Position numbers and translations under genes: made by a program. DNA of 64,000 nt from an uncultured Lachnospiraceae bacterium (GTDB taxonomy: Bacteria > Bacillota > Clostridia > Lachnospirales > Lachnospiraceae), in assembly GCA_947626415.1 (NCBI GenBank), contig CANQSA010000011.1, forward strand, positions 11,100 through 75,099, written 5' to 3'. Of the stretch, positions 45,276-58,379 are shown piece by piece (position 1 is the first letter of the stretch; the number at the start of each line of letters is the position of its first letter). The notes below the pieces were generated by a model that saw nothing but the letters and a program-made list of their open reading frames with translations, made no database searches and was not told where the DNA came from.

Positions 45276-47732
45276 TCACTGCGCTTCCGAATCCCGAACT
45301 TTCGCGATACTTGCCACGCGGATGTCATTTTCTGTATCCAGCGCCATCAGTTTTACGCCGGAGGTCGCGCGTCCGACCACGGATATGGTATCTACCGGCA
45401 TCCGGATCAGGATCCCTTCATTGGTAATGAGCAGGATCTCCTGATATTCATTGACTGCCTTAAACCCGACCACGTTTCCGGTTTTTTCATTGATCCGGTA
45501 GCACTTTACGCCTTTGCCGCCCCGATGCTGCGGAGAAAATTCTGTGATATTGGTCCGTTTTCCCATACCGTTTTCGGATACCAGAAGCAGCGCTTCTCCC
45601 TGCGTATCCATCTGCATTCCGACGATCTCGTCTCCGTCCGTCAGATCCATTCCGATCACGCCCATCGAGCTTCTGCCGGTAGGCCGCACATCCGTTTCAT
45701 GGAACCGGATACACTGACCGAATTTGGTTACCAGGAAAATATCTTTCTGGTTATTGGTCCGTTTTACCTCGATCAGTTCATCATCTTCCCGCAGGGTAAT
45801 CCCCTGGATTCCGGTCTTCCGGATATTCTGATATTCTGTAATGGAAGTCTTTTTGACAATACCCTTTTTGGTCGTCATAAACAGGTATTCGTCGTCCTTA
45901 TATTCCCGCACTGCCATAGCGGCGCTGATCTTTTCGCCCGGCTGCAGCTGCAGCAAATTGATGATCGCCGTTCCGCGGGCCGTTCTGCCTGCCTCCGGGA
46001 TCTCATATCCCTTCAGACGGTAGACCCGTCCCCGGTTGGTAAAGAACAGGATATAGTGGTGGGTGGTCGTCATAAACAGTTCCTTAATGAAATCCTCCTC
46101 TAAGGTCTGCATTCCTTTGACGCCCTTGCCTCCCCGGTTCTGAGAGCGGAAATTATCCACGCTCATCCGTTTGATATAACCCAGATTCGTCATACTGATC
46201 ACCGTATTTTCCACCGGAATCAGATCTTCCGTAGAAAGATCGTAAACATCTCTGCCGATTTCGGTCCGCCGGTCGTCGCCGTACTTATCCCGGATCACCA
46301 GAATTTCTTCTTTGATAACGCCTAACAGCAGCTTTTCGTCGGCCAGAATGGATTTCAGATACTCGATCCGTTCCATCAGTTCTTTGTATTCCTGTTCGAG
46401 CTTCTCCCGTTCCAGACCGGTCAGCTGACGCAGACGCATATCGACAATGGCCTGTGCCTGTGGGTCTGACAGTCCGAACCGTTCCATCAGGCTTTCCTTC
46501 GCGATCTGTGTGGTACGAGAACTCCGGATGATCCGGATCACTTCGTCAATATGATCCAGCGCGATCAGCAGCCCCTCTAAAATATGGGCACGTTCCTCGG
46601 CTTTGTTCAGTTCATATTTTGTTCTTCTGGTTACGACATCCTCCTGATGCCGCAGATAATGTACCAGCATATCAAGCAGTGTGAGGATCTTTGGCTCATT
46701 ATTCACCAGAGCCAGCATAATCACACCGAAGGTATCCTGCATCTGCGTATGTTTATAGAGCTGATTTAAAATGACATTGGCGTTGGCGTCCTTACGCAGT
46801 TCAATGACGATCCGCATTCCCTGTTTATCGGATTCATCCCGCAGCTCCGTAATGCCGTCGACCCGCTTTTCTTTTACCATATCGGCAATCTTCTCGATCA
46901 GCTTCGCTTTATTCACCATATACGGCAGTTCCGTTACAATGATCCGGCTTTTGCCGTTTTCCATCGTCTCGATATTGGAAATGGCGCGTACCCGGATTTT
47001 TCCTCTGCCGGTCCGGTATGCTTCTTCGATCCCTTTTCTCCCTAAGATCACGCCGCCGGTCGGAAAATCCGGTCCCTTAATGATTTCCATCACTTCTTCA
47101 ATGGAAGTCTCCCGGTCTTCTTCGATCCGGTTGTCAATAATCTTCACTACGCCGTCAATGATCTCCCGCAGATTATGCGGCGGGATATTGGTTGCCATAC
47201 CGACCGCGATCCCGTTGGTTCCGTTGGCAAGCAGATTCGGATACCGGGACGGCAGTACCACCGGTTCCCGCTCCGTCTCGTCAAAGTTCGGTACGAAATC
47301 TACGGTATCTTTATTGATATCCGCCAGCATTTCCATGGAAATCTTGCTTAATCTTGCCTCCGTATAACGCATGGCAGCCGCGCCGTCTCCGTCCACGGAG
47401 CCGAAATTTCCGTGACCGTCTACCAAAGGATACCGGGTCGACCACTCCTGCGCCAGATTCACCAGCGCGCCGTAAATCGAGCTGTCGCCGTGCGGGTGGT
47501 ATTTACCCATGGTATCACCCACGATACGGGCGCATTTTCGATGGGGCTTATCCGGCCCGTTATTCAGTTCGATCATAGAAAACAGAACCCGCCGCTGTAC
47601 CGGCTTTAACCCGTCTCTGACATCCGGAAGCGCTCTGGCCGCGATTACGCTCATGGCATACTGGATATAGGATTCTTCCATTGTCTGTTTCAGATCGACT
47701 TCATTGATCTTGTCAAAAATTGTCTCGTCCAT
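45276..47732 (-). CDS. gyrA: DNA gyrase subunit A
   Basis: AMSVIAARALPDVRDGLKPVQRR, HPHGDSSIY QRDR-region, 818 aa. Confidence 0.97.
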   Translation of the reverse strand: MDETIFDKINEVDLKQTMEESYIQYAMSVIAARALPDVRDGLKPVQRRVLFSMIELNNGPDKPHRKCARIVGDTMGKYHPHGDSSIYGALVNLAQEWSTRYPLVDGHGNFGSVDGDGAAAMRYTEARLSKISMEMLADINKDTVDFVPNFDETEREPVVLPSRYPNLLANGTNGIAVGMATNIPPHNLREIIDGVVKIIDNRIEEDRETSIEEVMEIIKGPDFPTGGVILGRKGIEEAYRTGRGKIRVRAISNIETMENGKSRIIVTELPYMVNKAKLIEKIADMVKEKRVDGITELRDESDKQGMRIVIELRKDANANVILNQLYKHTQMQDTFGVIMLALVNNEPKILTLLDMLVHYLRHQEDVVTRRTKYELNKAEERAHILEGLLIALDHIDEVIRIIRSSRTTQIAKESLMERFGLSDPQAQAIVDMRLRQLTGLEREKLEQEYKELMERIEYLKSILADEKLLLGVIKEEILVIRDKYGDDRRTEIGRDVYDLSTEDLIPVENTVISMTNLGYIKRMSVDNFRSQNRGGKGVKGMQTLEEDFIKELFMTTTHHYILFFTNRGRVYRLKGYEIPEAGRTARGTAIINLLQLQPGEKISAAMAVREYKDDEYLFMTTKKGIVKKTSITEYQNIRKTGIQGITLREDDELIEVKRTNNQKDIFLVTKFGQCIRFHETDVRPTGRSSMGVIGMDLTDGDEIVGMQMDTQGEALLLVSENGMGKRTNITEFSPQHRGGKGVKCYRINEKTGNVVGFKAVNEYQEILLITNEGILIRMPVDTISVVGRATSGVKLMALDTENDIRVASIAKVRDSEAQ

Positions 47733-47750
47733 TCTTCGTTCTCACCTCTG

Positions 47751-50778
<3,028 letters not shown>

Positions 50779-50779
50779 C

Positions 50780-50989
50780 TTACTTTACAATAGAAACCTG
50801 CTGGCCCTGGTAAGAAACCACATCTCCGTCATACAATTTCTTACCGCGCTGCAAAATGACTTCTCCGTTTACCGTTACCAGTCCGTCCAAAATAACTTCT
50901 TTCGCTTCCGAACCGGATTCCACAAAACCAGCGGCCTTCAGCGCCTGTCCCAGTTTGATAAACTCATCTCTTAATACTACTGTTTCCAT
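50780..50989 (-). CDS. yaaA: S4-domain RNA-binding protein YaaA
   Basis: 69 aa in the conserved position between dnaN and recF, with S4-like sequence. Confidence 0.8.
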   Translation of the reverse strand: METVVLRDEFIKLGQALKAAGFVESGSEAKEVILDGLVTVNGEVILQRGKKLYDGDVVSYQGQQVSIVK

Positions 50990-51007
50990 TCACAGATCTC
51001 CTTACAT

Positions 51008-52117
51008 TTATGAAACGGTAACGATCTGTACCGGCAATACCAGATAAATGTATTTTCCTTCGTCATCCCGGATAAAACACGGAGCCTTTGGATTTACCAG
51101 ATACATGGAAATCTGTTCGTCGTCGATTACACGAAGCGCGTCGATCAAAAACTTCGGATTAAAGCCGATTACAATATCCTTGCCTTCTTTTTCGATATCG
51201 ATCTCTTCATCCATAGAACCGATAAACGACTGGATCTTCAATTCCATTGTTTTATCGTTGATATATAAGATAACCGGTTTTTTATCGCCCTCTTTGATCA
51301 GCAGCGTTGCTCTGTCGATACAATCAAGCAGTTCCCGCTTATTGATCACGACTTTGGTATTGTAATCGCTGGAAAGCATCTGATCGATCCGGAAATACTC
51401 CCCTTCGATCAGTCTGGAAACTACAATGGTTTCGTCAAATTCAAACACAATATGATTCTTGGTAAATGAAATCTGCACTTCATCTTCGATTCCGCCGGTC
51501 AAAATCTTACTGATCTCATTTAACGTCTTGCCCGGTACGATCACTTTGATATCTCCAAAGGAATCCTTTAATTCAACCTTCCGAATCGCAATCCGATGTC
51601 CGTCCAAAGCTACGACCTTCAGCTCATTCTCATGGATCTCAAATAATTCACCGGTCATCAGGCGGTTGGAATCGTTATCCGCAACAGAAAAAATCGTCTG
51701 TCTGATCATTTCCCGCAAGGTAAACTGAGAAAGGTATACGGAACGGTCCTTTTCCACAAACGGCAGATAAGAAAAATCTTCTCCTGATTTTCCCAAAATA
51801 GAAAATTTCGCTTTTTCACAGGTGATCAATGTCTCAAAATTAGACGCGACGTCAATCGTAATCTCATTTTCCGGAAGTTTTCTTACAATGTCGGAAAATA
51901 CTCTAGCGTCAATCGCTACAATTCCTTTTTCGACAATAGTTCCGGTTACTTTCGTTTCAATTCCCAGTTCCATATCGTTAGCGGTCATCTTGATCTCATT
52001 GGAAGACGCGTCAATCAGAACACATTCCAAAATAGACATCGTCGTTTTGGAAGGAACTGCTTTCATAACGATATTGATCGCGGAAACTAAATCTGTTTTT
52101 TGACATATGATTTTCAT
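51008..52117 (-). CDS. dnaN: DNA polymerase III beta sliding clamp
   Basis: Start at MKIICQKTDL (SD AGGAG) rather than the track start at 52300, which runs through the AT-rich oriC segment. 369 aa. Confidence 0.95.
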   Translation of the reverse strand: MKIICQKTDLVSAINIVMKAVPSKTTMSILECVLIDASSNEIKMTANDMELGIETKVTGTIVEKGIVAIDARVFSDIVRKLPENEITIDVASNFETLITCEKAKFSILGKSGEDFSYLPFVEKDRSVYLSQFTLREMIRQTIFSVADNDSNRLMTGELFEIHENELKVVALDGHRIAIRKVELKDSFGDIKVIVPGKTLNEISKILTGGIEDEVQISFTKNHIVFEFDETIVVSRLIEGEYFRIDQMLSSDYNTKVVINKRELLDCIDRATLLIKEGDKKPVILYINDKTMELKIQSFIGSMDEEIDIEKEGKDIVIGFNPKFLIDALRVIDDEQISMYLVNPKAPCFIRDDEGKYIYLVLPVQIVTVS

Positions 52118-52318
52118 GGTGAATAGAACTCCTTTCTCTGACTGCCGCACAGCGGCAATTATGTAATAATAAAATAAATAATGTAGTAGTATTATTAGAG
52201 GGCGTGGAAATGCGAAAAAGTATATCCAGCCCTTATGTTTTAATTGATTTCTTTCAGAATAAATCTGTGGAAATTCAAAAAAGTTATCAACGGTTTCCAC
52301 AATTTACAGAAGATCTGT
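52118..52318. other. oriC part II (dnaA-dnaN intergenic): DnaA boxes, candidate DnaA-trios, AT-rich unwinding element
   Basis: Degenerate boxes TGTGGAAAT (52266), TTATCAACG (52284), GTTTCCACA (52293) and GTGGAAATG (52204). A GC cluster AGGGC lies next to TAGTAGTATTATTAG (52084+100, i.e. 52184-52198). An AT-only run spans about 52158-52183. Confidence 0.55.
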
Positions 52319-53698
52319 TTAATTTGGAACGATTTTTTTCTTGATGATTTCAATCGTGCTGCGGACAGATTCATCTTCTCGAATGGATTTATCGATCTTG
52401 TCGATTCCATAGCTGATTGTGGTATGGTCTTTTTTATTGATTAAGGCGCCGATGGTATTTAAGGATTCATCGGTCATTTGTCTTCCCAGGTACATATAGA
52501 TCTGTCTTGCAAAAGCGATATCCTTAGTTCGCTTCTTACTGGTAAGATCCTGTACGCTTAACGCAAAGTGATCCGCCACAGTTTCCAGTATAATGGAGGG
52601 TGTGATCTGTTTGTCTACGTCCGGATAGATCGTATCTTTTAAGATATCGACGGCATCTTCCAGCGTCAAACTATTGTGAGAAACTTTAGAAAAAGCATGC
52701 AGCTTGATTAGCGCGCCTTCCAGTGTTCGGATATTGGATTTGATATTCGTTGCGATATAGTCCAGAATATCATTGGAAATGTTGAATCCGGAGGTTTCAC
52801 TTTTCGTCTTTAAGATTGCCATTCTGGTTTCATAATCCGGCGCCTGAATATCAATGGAAAGGCCTGCTTCAAACCGGGTCCGAAGTCTGTCCTCCAATCC
52901 GTTCATATCTTTCGGCGGTTTATCGGAAGATATGACGATCTGTTTATCTGCCATACGGAGCGCGTTAAAGGTATTAAAAAATTCTTCCTGAATTCCTTCT
53001 TTATTGATCAAGAATTGGATATCGTCTATGATCAGTGCGTCAATATTCCGATATTTATTCTTGAACGCAGTCGTATTGGCACCGTTTCGGATGGCGTCGA
53101 TAAATTGATTGGTGAAATCCTCACTGGTTGTATAAAGAACTCGGGCGCTCTTATTGTTTTCAATAATAAAATGCGCGATAGACTGGATCAGATGCGTCTT
53201 GCCGAGTCCTACGCCGCCGTAAATAAACAACGGATTATAGAGCGTACCGGGAGATTCTGCGGCAGCCAGCGCGGCAGCATGCGCGTACCGGTTATTGGAA
53301 CCAACTACAAACGCGTCAAAGGTATAATTTAAATTTAGATTCGCTTCCAGCTTCCGGTTCATCGTAACGGAATCTTCTGTGTTTGGTTTTAACCGGTCAA
53401 AATTCTTATCAGATGTATTTTTATGTAGATTATTGATCTGATCCGGCAATAAGATTTTTACGTCAAATTCACTGTTTAACGCTTCTGAGATTACAACCAT
53501 AAAGGCTTCCTTGTATTTATGATTGATGATATTCAGACCGATATCGGAAATATTCGCGACCAGCGTGACCAGCCCGTCTTCTACAGAATACACAGTAATG
53601 GGTTCAATCCAGGTTCTGTAAGAGACATCTGTAATTTCATATTCATTTTTTAAAGTGAATAATATCTCATCCCATTTATCGAGTAATTCCTGCAGCAT
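52319..53698 (-). CDS. dnaA: Chromosomal replication initiator DnaA
   Basis: GGVGLGKTHL Walker A, IIDDIQFL Walker B, and a C-terminal DNA-binding domain (ARQIYMYL...). 459 aa. Confidence 0.97.
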   Translation of the reverse strand: MLQELLDKWDEILFTLKNEYEITDVSYRTWIEPITVYSVEDGLVTLVANISDIGLNIINHKYKEAFMVVISEALNSEFDVKILLPDQINNLHKNTSDKNFDRLKPNTEDSVTMNRKLEANLNLNYTFDAFVVGSNNRYAHAAALAAAESPGTLYNPLFIYGGVGLGKTHLIQSIAHFIIENNKSARVLYTTSEDFTNQFIDAIRNGANTTAFKNKYRNIDALIIDDIQFLINKEGIQEEFFNTFNALRMADKQIVISSDKPPKDMNGLEDRLRTRFEAGLSIDIQAPDYETRMAILKTKSETSGFNISNDILDYIATNIKSNIRTLEGALIKLHAFSKVSHNSLTLEDAVDILKDTIYPDVDKQITPSIILETVADHFALSVQDLTSKKRTKDIAFARQIYMYLGRQMTDESLNTIGALINKKDHTTISYGIDKIDKSIREDESVRSTIEIIKKKIVPN

Positions 53699-54044
53699 AT
53701 CGTAATCTCCGTTCTATTGATCTCATTTGTTTGTATAAAAACACATATAACCACCTATACATTTTACAGCAAAAAATAGGGAATTGCAAGAAAAAAAACC
53801 GTTTCCCGATTCGACAGAATTTGCGTGGTGGATAAAAGTTATCCACATATAAACCATTTAAAAATAAGGAAGTACGGATAAATTTTCAAAAAAATAAGCA
53901 ACTTATCCACAAATTATCCACATAATGTGGAAAAATTGAGGAAAATGCGGATAAAAAAAGTTTATATTTTACTTGACGCAAGAAATCTTTTTTAGTACAA
54001 TCGGAATGATGTTTTACTATGAACCAGAAGGAGGTGCTTTGACG
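53699..54044. other. oriC part I: DnaA-box cluster between dnaA and rpmH
   Basis: Perfect TTATCCACA at 53839-53847, 53903-53911 and 53914-53922. One-mismatch inverted boxes at 53827-53835, 53927-53935 and 53946-53954. Confidence 0.8.
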
Positions 54045-54179
54045 ATGAAAATGACATTTCAGCCAAAGAAACGGTCAAGATCCAAAGTTCATGGATTTAG
54101 AAAAAGAATGCATACTGCAAACGGCAGAAAAGTTTTAAAGGCCAGAAGAGCAAAAGGAAGAAAGATACTGTCAGCATAA
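54045..54179 (+). CDS. rpmH: 50S ribosomal protein L34
   Basis: [22 protein letters not shown]..., 44 aa, SD GAAGGAGG. The track start at 53973 is rejected. Confidence 0.92.
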   Translation: MKMTFQPKKRSRSKVHGFRKRMHTANGRKVLKARRAKGRKILSA

Positions 54180-54279
54180 GGAATAAGGTCGCAGTCATGT
54201 GGCCTTTTCATTCTTTAATGGCAGTAATTAGCTGTGTCAGGCAGTGACACAGGAATTTAAGTCATAAACGGAGGTATAA

Positions 54280-54702
54280 ATGAGCCAGTTTATGCATCTG
54301 AGGAAGCCGCAGGAATTTCAGGCTGTATATCAGCATGGAAGATCTCTGGCGAATCGTTACCTTGTTATGTATCTGCTGCCGAACGGTACCGGCGAAAACA
54401 GGCTGGGAATCTCAGCCAGTAAAAAATTAGGGAACAGCGTAGTAAGACATCGGTTTGTACGGCTGGTACGGGAAGCATACAGATTAAACAGGGAGTCGTT
54501 GAACGGTGGGTTCGACATAGTAGTGATCGCGCGAATTGGCGCGAAAGGAAAAAGTTTCAGAGAAATAGAAAGCGCGTTTTTGCATTTATGCAGAAAGCAC
54601 AATATGATTCGGAAAGGACAGGACTATTGTGATGAAACGGTTTTTACTGGGAAGCATCCGGTTTTACCAGAGAAATCTGTCGGGTCTGAAAAGGACCTGT
54701 AA
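54280..54702 (+). CDS. rnpA: Ribonuclease P protein component
   Basis: [30 protein letters not shown] (RNR-like motif), conserved position after rpmH. Confidence 0.85.
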   Translation: MSQFMHLRKPQEFQAVYQHGRSLANRYLVMYLLPNGTGENRLGISASKKLGNSVVRHRFVRLVREAYRLNRESLNGGFDIVVIARIGAKGKSFREIESAFLHLCRKHNMIRKGQDYCDETVFTGKHPVLPEKSVGSEKDL

Positions 54703-54844
54703 CTGTAAATTTATGCCGACCTGTTCACAATATGCCGTCGAGGCAATCGAAAAATATGGACCGTTAAAGGGGTCTTTTCTAGCAGTGAAACGAATATTAC
54801 GGTGTAATCCATTTTCAAAAGGTGGATATGATCCGGTTCCGTAA
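54629..54844 (+). CDS. yidD: Membrane protein insertion efficiency factor YidD
   Basis: IRFYQRNLS...[17 protein letters not shown]...RILRCNPF signature. Confidence 0.88.
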   Translation: MMKRFLLGSIRFYQRNLSGLKRTCNCKFMPTCSQYAVEAIEKYGPLKGSFLAVKRILRCNPFSKGGYDPVP

Positions 54845-54856
54845 GGAGGAAACAAC

Positions 54857-56116
54857 GTGTTAAATTTGTTTTTAACAAAAGAAGACGGTTTTATTTTAGG
54901 TCCCATCAGCGCGCTGCTCGGTAAGATTCTGGAGTGGATTTATGATTTCTTCTCCATGATGAGTATCGAAAGCGTGGGAATCTGTATTATCGTCTTTACC
55001 ATTATTGTCAGAATGTTGTTGTTGCCGCTTAATATCAAGCAGCAGAAATTTTCCAAGCTGTCTTCGCTTATGAATCCGGAATTGCAGGCAATTAACAAAA
55101 AGTACAAGGACAAGCGGGATCCCGATTCCATGACAAAGATGCGGGAGGAAACCAATGCGATTTATCAGAAATATGGAACCTCTCCCACAGGCGGATGTCT
55201 GCAGCTGATCATTCAGATGCCGATCCTGTTTGCATTGTGGCGGGTTATGATGAACATTCCCGCGTATGTGCCGAAGATTAAGGAAATGTATCTCGGTATC
55301 ATCAATGCGATCACGAGCGGAGTCAGTGACGCGGCAGGACAGGTATCCGCACTGGCAAACAGCGGGTTTACGCTGGAAGGTGCTGATCAGGCGGCTTTTG
55401 CAGGCTGTACCACGCCGGAGTCCGTAGTCGATGTCATGAAGAACTTCGGCGCCGATCAGTGGGACGCTCTGCAGAATCATTTTACGGGCGCTGCCAATGT
55501 GATCGCTGAAAATTCAGCGCATCTGACAGATGTTAATACATTTCTGGGGATTAATTTAAGTTCAACGCCTCTGATCATCGGCGGAATCGCATTTTTGATC
55601 CCGATTTTGTCCGTATTGGGTCAGTGGTTCAGCATGCAGCTTGCCATGAAGCTGCAAAAAGGCAGAAACGGCGAAGATATGCCGGGTATGGGTTCCATGA
55701 AGATGATGAACAACATTATGCCGATCGTATCCGGCGTTATGTGTTTGTCCCTGCCCGCAGGTCTTGGTATTTACTGGGTTGCCGGCAGTGTGATCCAGAT
55801 CATTCAGCAGATCGTTATGAACCGGTATTTTTCAAAACTGGATGTTAATGTGCTGGTGGAGAAGAATATCGAGAAACAGAACAAGAAGCGCGCGAAGCGT
55901 GGTTTGCCGCCGCAGAAGGTGACAAATGTCGCCCATATGAATGTGAAGAACATTGAGCACAATGAAAAGAGCAGTGCGGAAAAGCGGGCGGAAAAGGTAA
56001 AGGAATCTACGGAATATTATGCAAAGAATGCGCCAAAGCCGGGCAGTCTGGCCGCGAAAGCGAATATGGTGCAGATGTATAATGAGAAGCAGCAGAACAA
56101 GGGTAAAAAGAAGTAA
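54857..56116 (+). CDS. yidC: YidC/Oxa1-family membrane protein insertase
   Basis: Conserved LLLPLNIKQQKF, MPILFALW and LGIYWV motifs plus a basic C-terminal tail. 419 aa. Confidence 0.9.
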   Translation: MLNLFLTKEDGFILGPISALLGKILEWIYDFFSMMSIESVGICIIVFTIIVRMLLLPLNIKQQKFSKLSSLMNPELQAINKKYKDKRDPDSMTKMREETNAIYQKYGTSPTGGCLQLIIQMPILFALWRVMMNIPAYVPKIKEMYLGIINAITSGVSDAAGQVSALANSGFTLEGADQAAFAGCTTPESVVDVMKNFGADQWDALQNHFTGAANVIAENSAHLTDVNTFLGINLSSTPLIIGGIAFLIPILSVLGQWFSMQLAMKLQKGRNGEDMPGMGSMKMMNNIMPIVSGVMCLSLPAGLGIYWVAGSVIQIIQQIVMNRYFSKLDVNVLVEKNIEKQNKKRAKRGLPPQKVTNVAHMNVKNIEHNEKSSAEKRAEKVKESTEYYAKNAPKPGSLAAKANMVQMYNEKQQNKGKKK

Positions 56117-56132
56117 GAGTGATGGAGGAATC

Positions 56133-56789
56133 ATGGAACGGATTGAAGTAAAAGGAAAAACAGCGGAAGACGCGCTGACAGATGCGCTGGTACAGTTAGG
56201 CGTTACCAGTGATAAAGTAGAATATGAAGTAATTGAGAAAGGAAGCGCAGGCTTTCTGGGAATCGGCAGCAAACCGGCGGTCGTTCAGGTATGGTTAAAG
56301 GAAGAGCCTAAGAAATCTGTGGAAGAAGTTGCAGAGGAATTTATCGTAAAGGTTTGCGCTGCAATGAACCTGGATGTAAAGGTTAAGATTGAAACAGAAG
56401 ATAAGAATCTGAATATCGAAATCGTCGGAGACGATATGGGCGTTCTGATCGGCAAGCGGGGCCAGACACTGGATTCCCTGCAGTATCTGGTAAGCCTGAT
56501 CGTAAATAAGGAATCCGAGAGCTTTTACCGGGTAAAACTGGATACCGAGAATTACCGGGAACGCAGAAAGGAAACTCTGGAAAATCTTGCGAGAAACATT
56601 GCCTTTAAGGTAAAGAAAACGAGACATTCCGTAGCGCTGGAGCCTATGAATCCTTATGAGAGAAGAATCATTCATGCCGCGCTGCAGAATGACAAGTATG
56701 TTACGACAGCCAGCAAGGGTGAAGATCCTAACCGTTATGTAGTAATTTCTTTTAAGAAAAATAATTTCTATAAGGAAAAAGAAGATTAA
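56133..56789 (+). CDS. jag: Jag/KhpB RNA-binding protein (Jag_N-KH-R3H)
   Basis: Start at MERIEVKGKTAEDAL. Has GKRGQTLDSLQYL (KH) and ERRIIHAAL (R3H) motifs. The track start at 56019 overlaps yidC. Confidence 0.88.
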   Translation: MERIEVKGKTAEDALTDALVQLGVTSDKVEYEVIEKGSAGFLGIGSKPAVVQVWLKEEPKKSVEEVAEEFIVKVCAAMNLDVKVKIETEDKNLNIEIVGDDMGVLIGKRGQTLDSLQYLVSLIVNKESESFYRVKLDTENYRERRKETLENLARNIAFKVKKTRHSVALEPMNPYERRIIHAALQNDKYVTTASKGEDPNRYVVISFKKNNFYKEKED

Positions 56790-56793
56790 AAAT

Positions 56794-58176
56794 ATGGGAC
56801 ATGCAGATACCATTGCGGCTATCGCAACCGGAATGACGCAAAGTGGAATCGGGATCATCCGGATCAGCGGAACCGATTCCATTTTAATTGCAGACAAGAT
56901 ATTTAAGCCATACCGGGAAAACCGATCCCTGCGGCAGGCAAAAAGCCATACGATCCACTATGGTACCATTGTGGAGCAGGACGCTGTAATCGACGAAGTC
57001 CTGGTGGCCATAATGCGCGCGCCGGCAACGTATACCAGAGAGGATACGGTGGAGATCAACTGCCACGGAGGCGTTCTGGTAATGAAAAAGGTGCTGGCGG
57101 CAGTAATTCATGCCGGGGCCAGGATGGCGGAACCCGGAGAATTTACAAAGCGGGCGTTTTTAAACGGAAGGATCGATCTGTCCCAGGCGGAAGCAGTAAT
57201 TGATGTGATCCACGCGCAGAATGAATTTGCGCTGCAGAGTTCCGTCAATCAGTTAAAGGGAACGTTATCCGTTAAGATCCGGCAGCTGCGGGAGCAGCTT
57301 TTAGATGAGATCGCTTTTATTGAGGCGGCTTTGGACGATCCGGAGCATATTTCTCTGGAAGGGTATCCGGAGCGGCTTTCAGCGCATGTAAAAACGATTC
57401 GGGCGGCTCTGAAAAAAAGCCTGGATCTGTTTGAAAACGGAAGAATCCGGAAGGAAGGGATCAAGACCGTTATTTTAGGCAGACCCAACGCCGGAAAATC
57501 TTCTCTGTTAAATGCGCTGATGCAGGAAGACCGCGCCATTGTAACCGAAATCGCGGGGACGACCAGAGATACGCTGGAAGAACAGGTGCGGCTGGGAACC
57601 GTCAGCCTGCGTCTGGTAGATACGGCGGGTATCCGGAGCACGGAGGACGTCGTGGAGAAGATCGGAATTAAGAAGGCCATGGAACAGGCAGAACAGGCCG
57701 ACTTGATCTTGTATGTGGCTGACAGTTCCGAACCGCTGGATGAAAATGACGCGGAGATCATACAGGCAATCGCGGAGAAACAGGCGATCGTTTTACTGAA
57801 TAAATCCGATCTGGAGCCGGTGACGACGGAAGAAATGCTGAGAGCCCGAATTCCGGATAAGCAGATTTTAACGGTTTCCGCAAAGGAAGAGACCGGGATT
57901 TCGCAGTTAGAAACAGCCATTGAAGCGCTGTTCGGCGACGGAAAGATCCGCTGGAATGAAGCCGACGGAATCACCAATATCCGACATAAGCTGGCGATGG
58001 AAGAGGCGGACGGAAGTCTTGCGGAGGTAGAAAACAGCATTGCGGCAGGAATGCCGGAGGATTTCTTTTCCATTGACCTGATGCGCGCTTATGAGGTGCT
58101 GGGCACCATTGTGGGCGAGCGGGTGGAAGAAGACGTTGTGGAACAGATATTCAGTAAATTTTGTATGGGAAAATAG
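56794..58176 (+). CDS. mnmE: tRNA modification GTPase MnmE
   Basis: DTIAAIAT, GRPNAGKSSLLN G1, DTAGIR G3, C-terminal FCMGK. Confidence 0.96.
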   Translation: MGHADTIAAIATGMTQSGIGIIRISGTDSILIADKIFKPYRENRSLRQAKSHTIHYGTIVEQDAVIDEVLVAIMRAPATYTREDTVEINCHGGVLVMKKVLAAVIHAGARMAEPGEFTKRAFLNGRIDLSQAEAVIDVIHAQNEFALQSSVNQLKGTLSVKIRQLREQLLDEIAFIEAALDDPEHISLEGYPERLSAHVKTIRAALKKSLDLFENGRIRKEGIKTVILGRPNAGKSSLLNALMQEDRAIVTEIAGTTRDTLEEQVRLGTVSLRLVDTAGIRSTEDVVEKIGIKKAMEQAEQADLILYVADSSEPLDENDAEIIQAIAEKQAIVLLNKSDLEPVTTEEMLRARIPDKQILTVSAKEETGISQLETAIEALFGDGKIRWNEADGITNIRHKLAMEEADGSLAEVENSIAAGMPEDFFSIDLMRAYEVLGTIVGERVEEDVVEQIFSKFCMGK

Positions 58177-58206
58177 ATTTCCAAATAAAAAATATTGAAT
58201 TTATGG

Positions 58207-58235
58207 TTGACATTATACAGGTATGGTTATAATAT
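58207..58235 (+). promoter_or_regulatory. Candidate promoter of the type III toxin-antitoxin insert
   Basis: TTGACA (58207-58212), 17 nt, TAATAT (58230-58235). Alternatively TATAAT with a 15-nt spacer. Confidence 0.5.
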
Positions 58236-58241
58236 AAAGGT

Positions 58242-58334
58242 AAGAAAAAATTCAGGTATTTCATGATCTTGGAAAGATGAATTAAATTATGTTGGGTGTT
58301 CCGCCACCATAAAGGGCGAATTATGATAATATGG
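58242..58334 (+). ncRNA. Candidate type III antitoxin RNA region (non-canonical: no clear tandem repeats)
   Basis: Untranslated stretch between the promoter and the terminator, upstream of a ToxN-like gene. Only AATT(C/A) anchors recur at about 34-36-nt intervals. Confidence 0.3.
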
Positions 58335-58364
58335 GCAGAGGCTTCGGCCTCTGCTCGTTTCTTT
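58335..58364 (+). terminator. Intrinsic terminator between the antitoxin region and the toxin gene
   Basis: GCAGAGGC-TTCG-GCCTCTGC stem-loop followed by TCGTTTCTTT. Confidence 0.7.
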
Positions 58365-58379
58365 AACAGAGGAGAAGGC

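Noticed and set aside
52118-52300. Extended N-termini of housekeeping ORFs: dnaN to 52300, gyrB to 49736, rplI to 39539, rpmH from 53973, jag from 56019
   Set aside because: The extensions run through AT-rich origin or intergenic sequence, or overlap upstream genes. They are not part of the conserved protein N-termini, and internal starts with good SD sequences match the known family N-termini.
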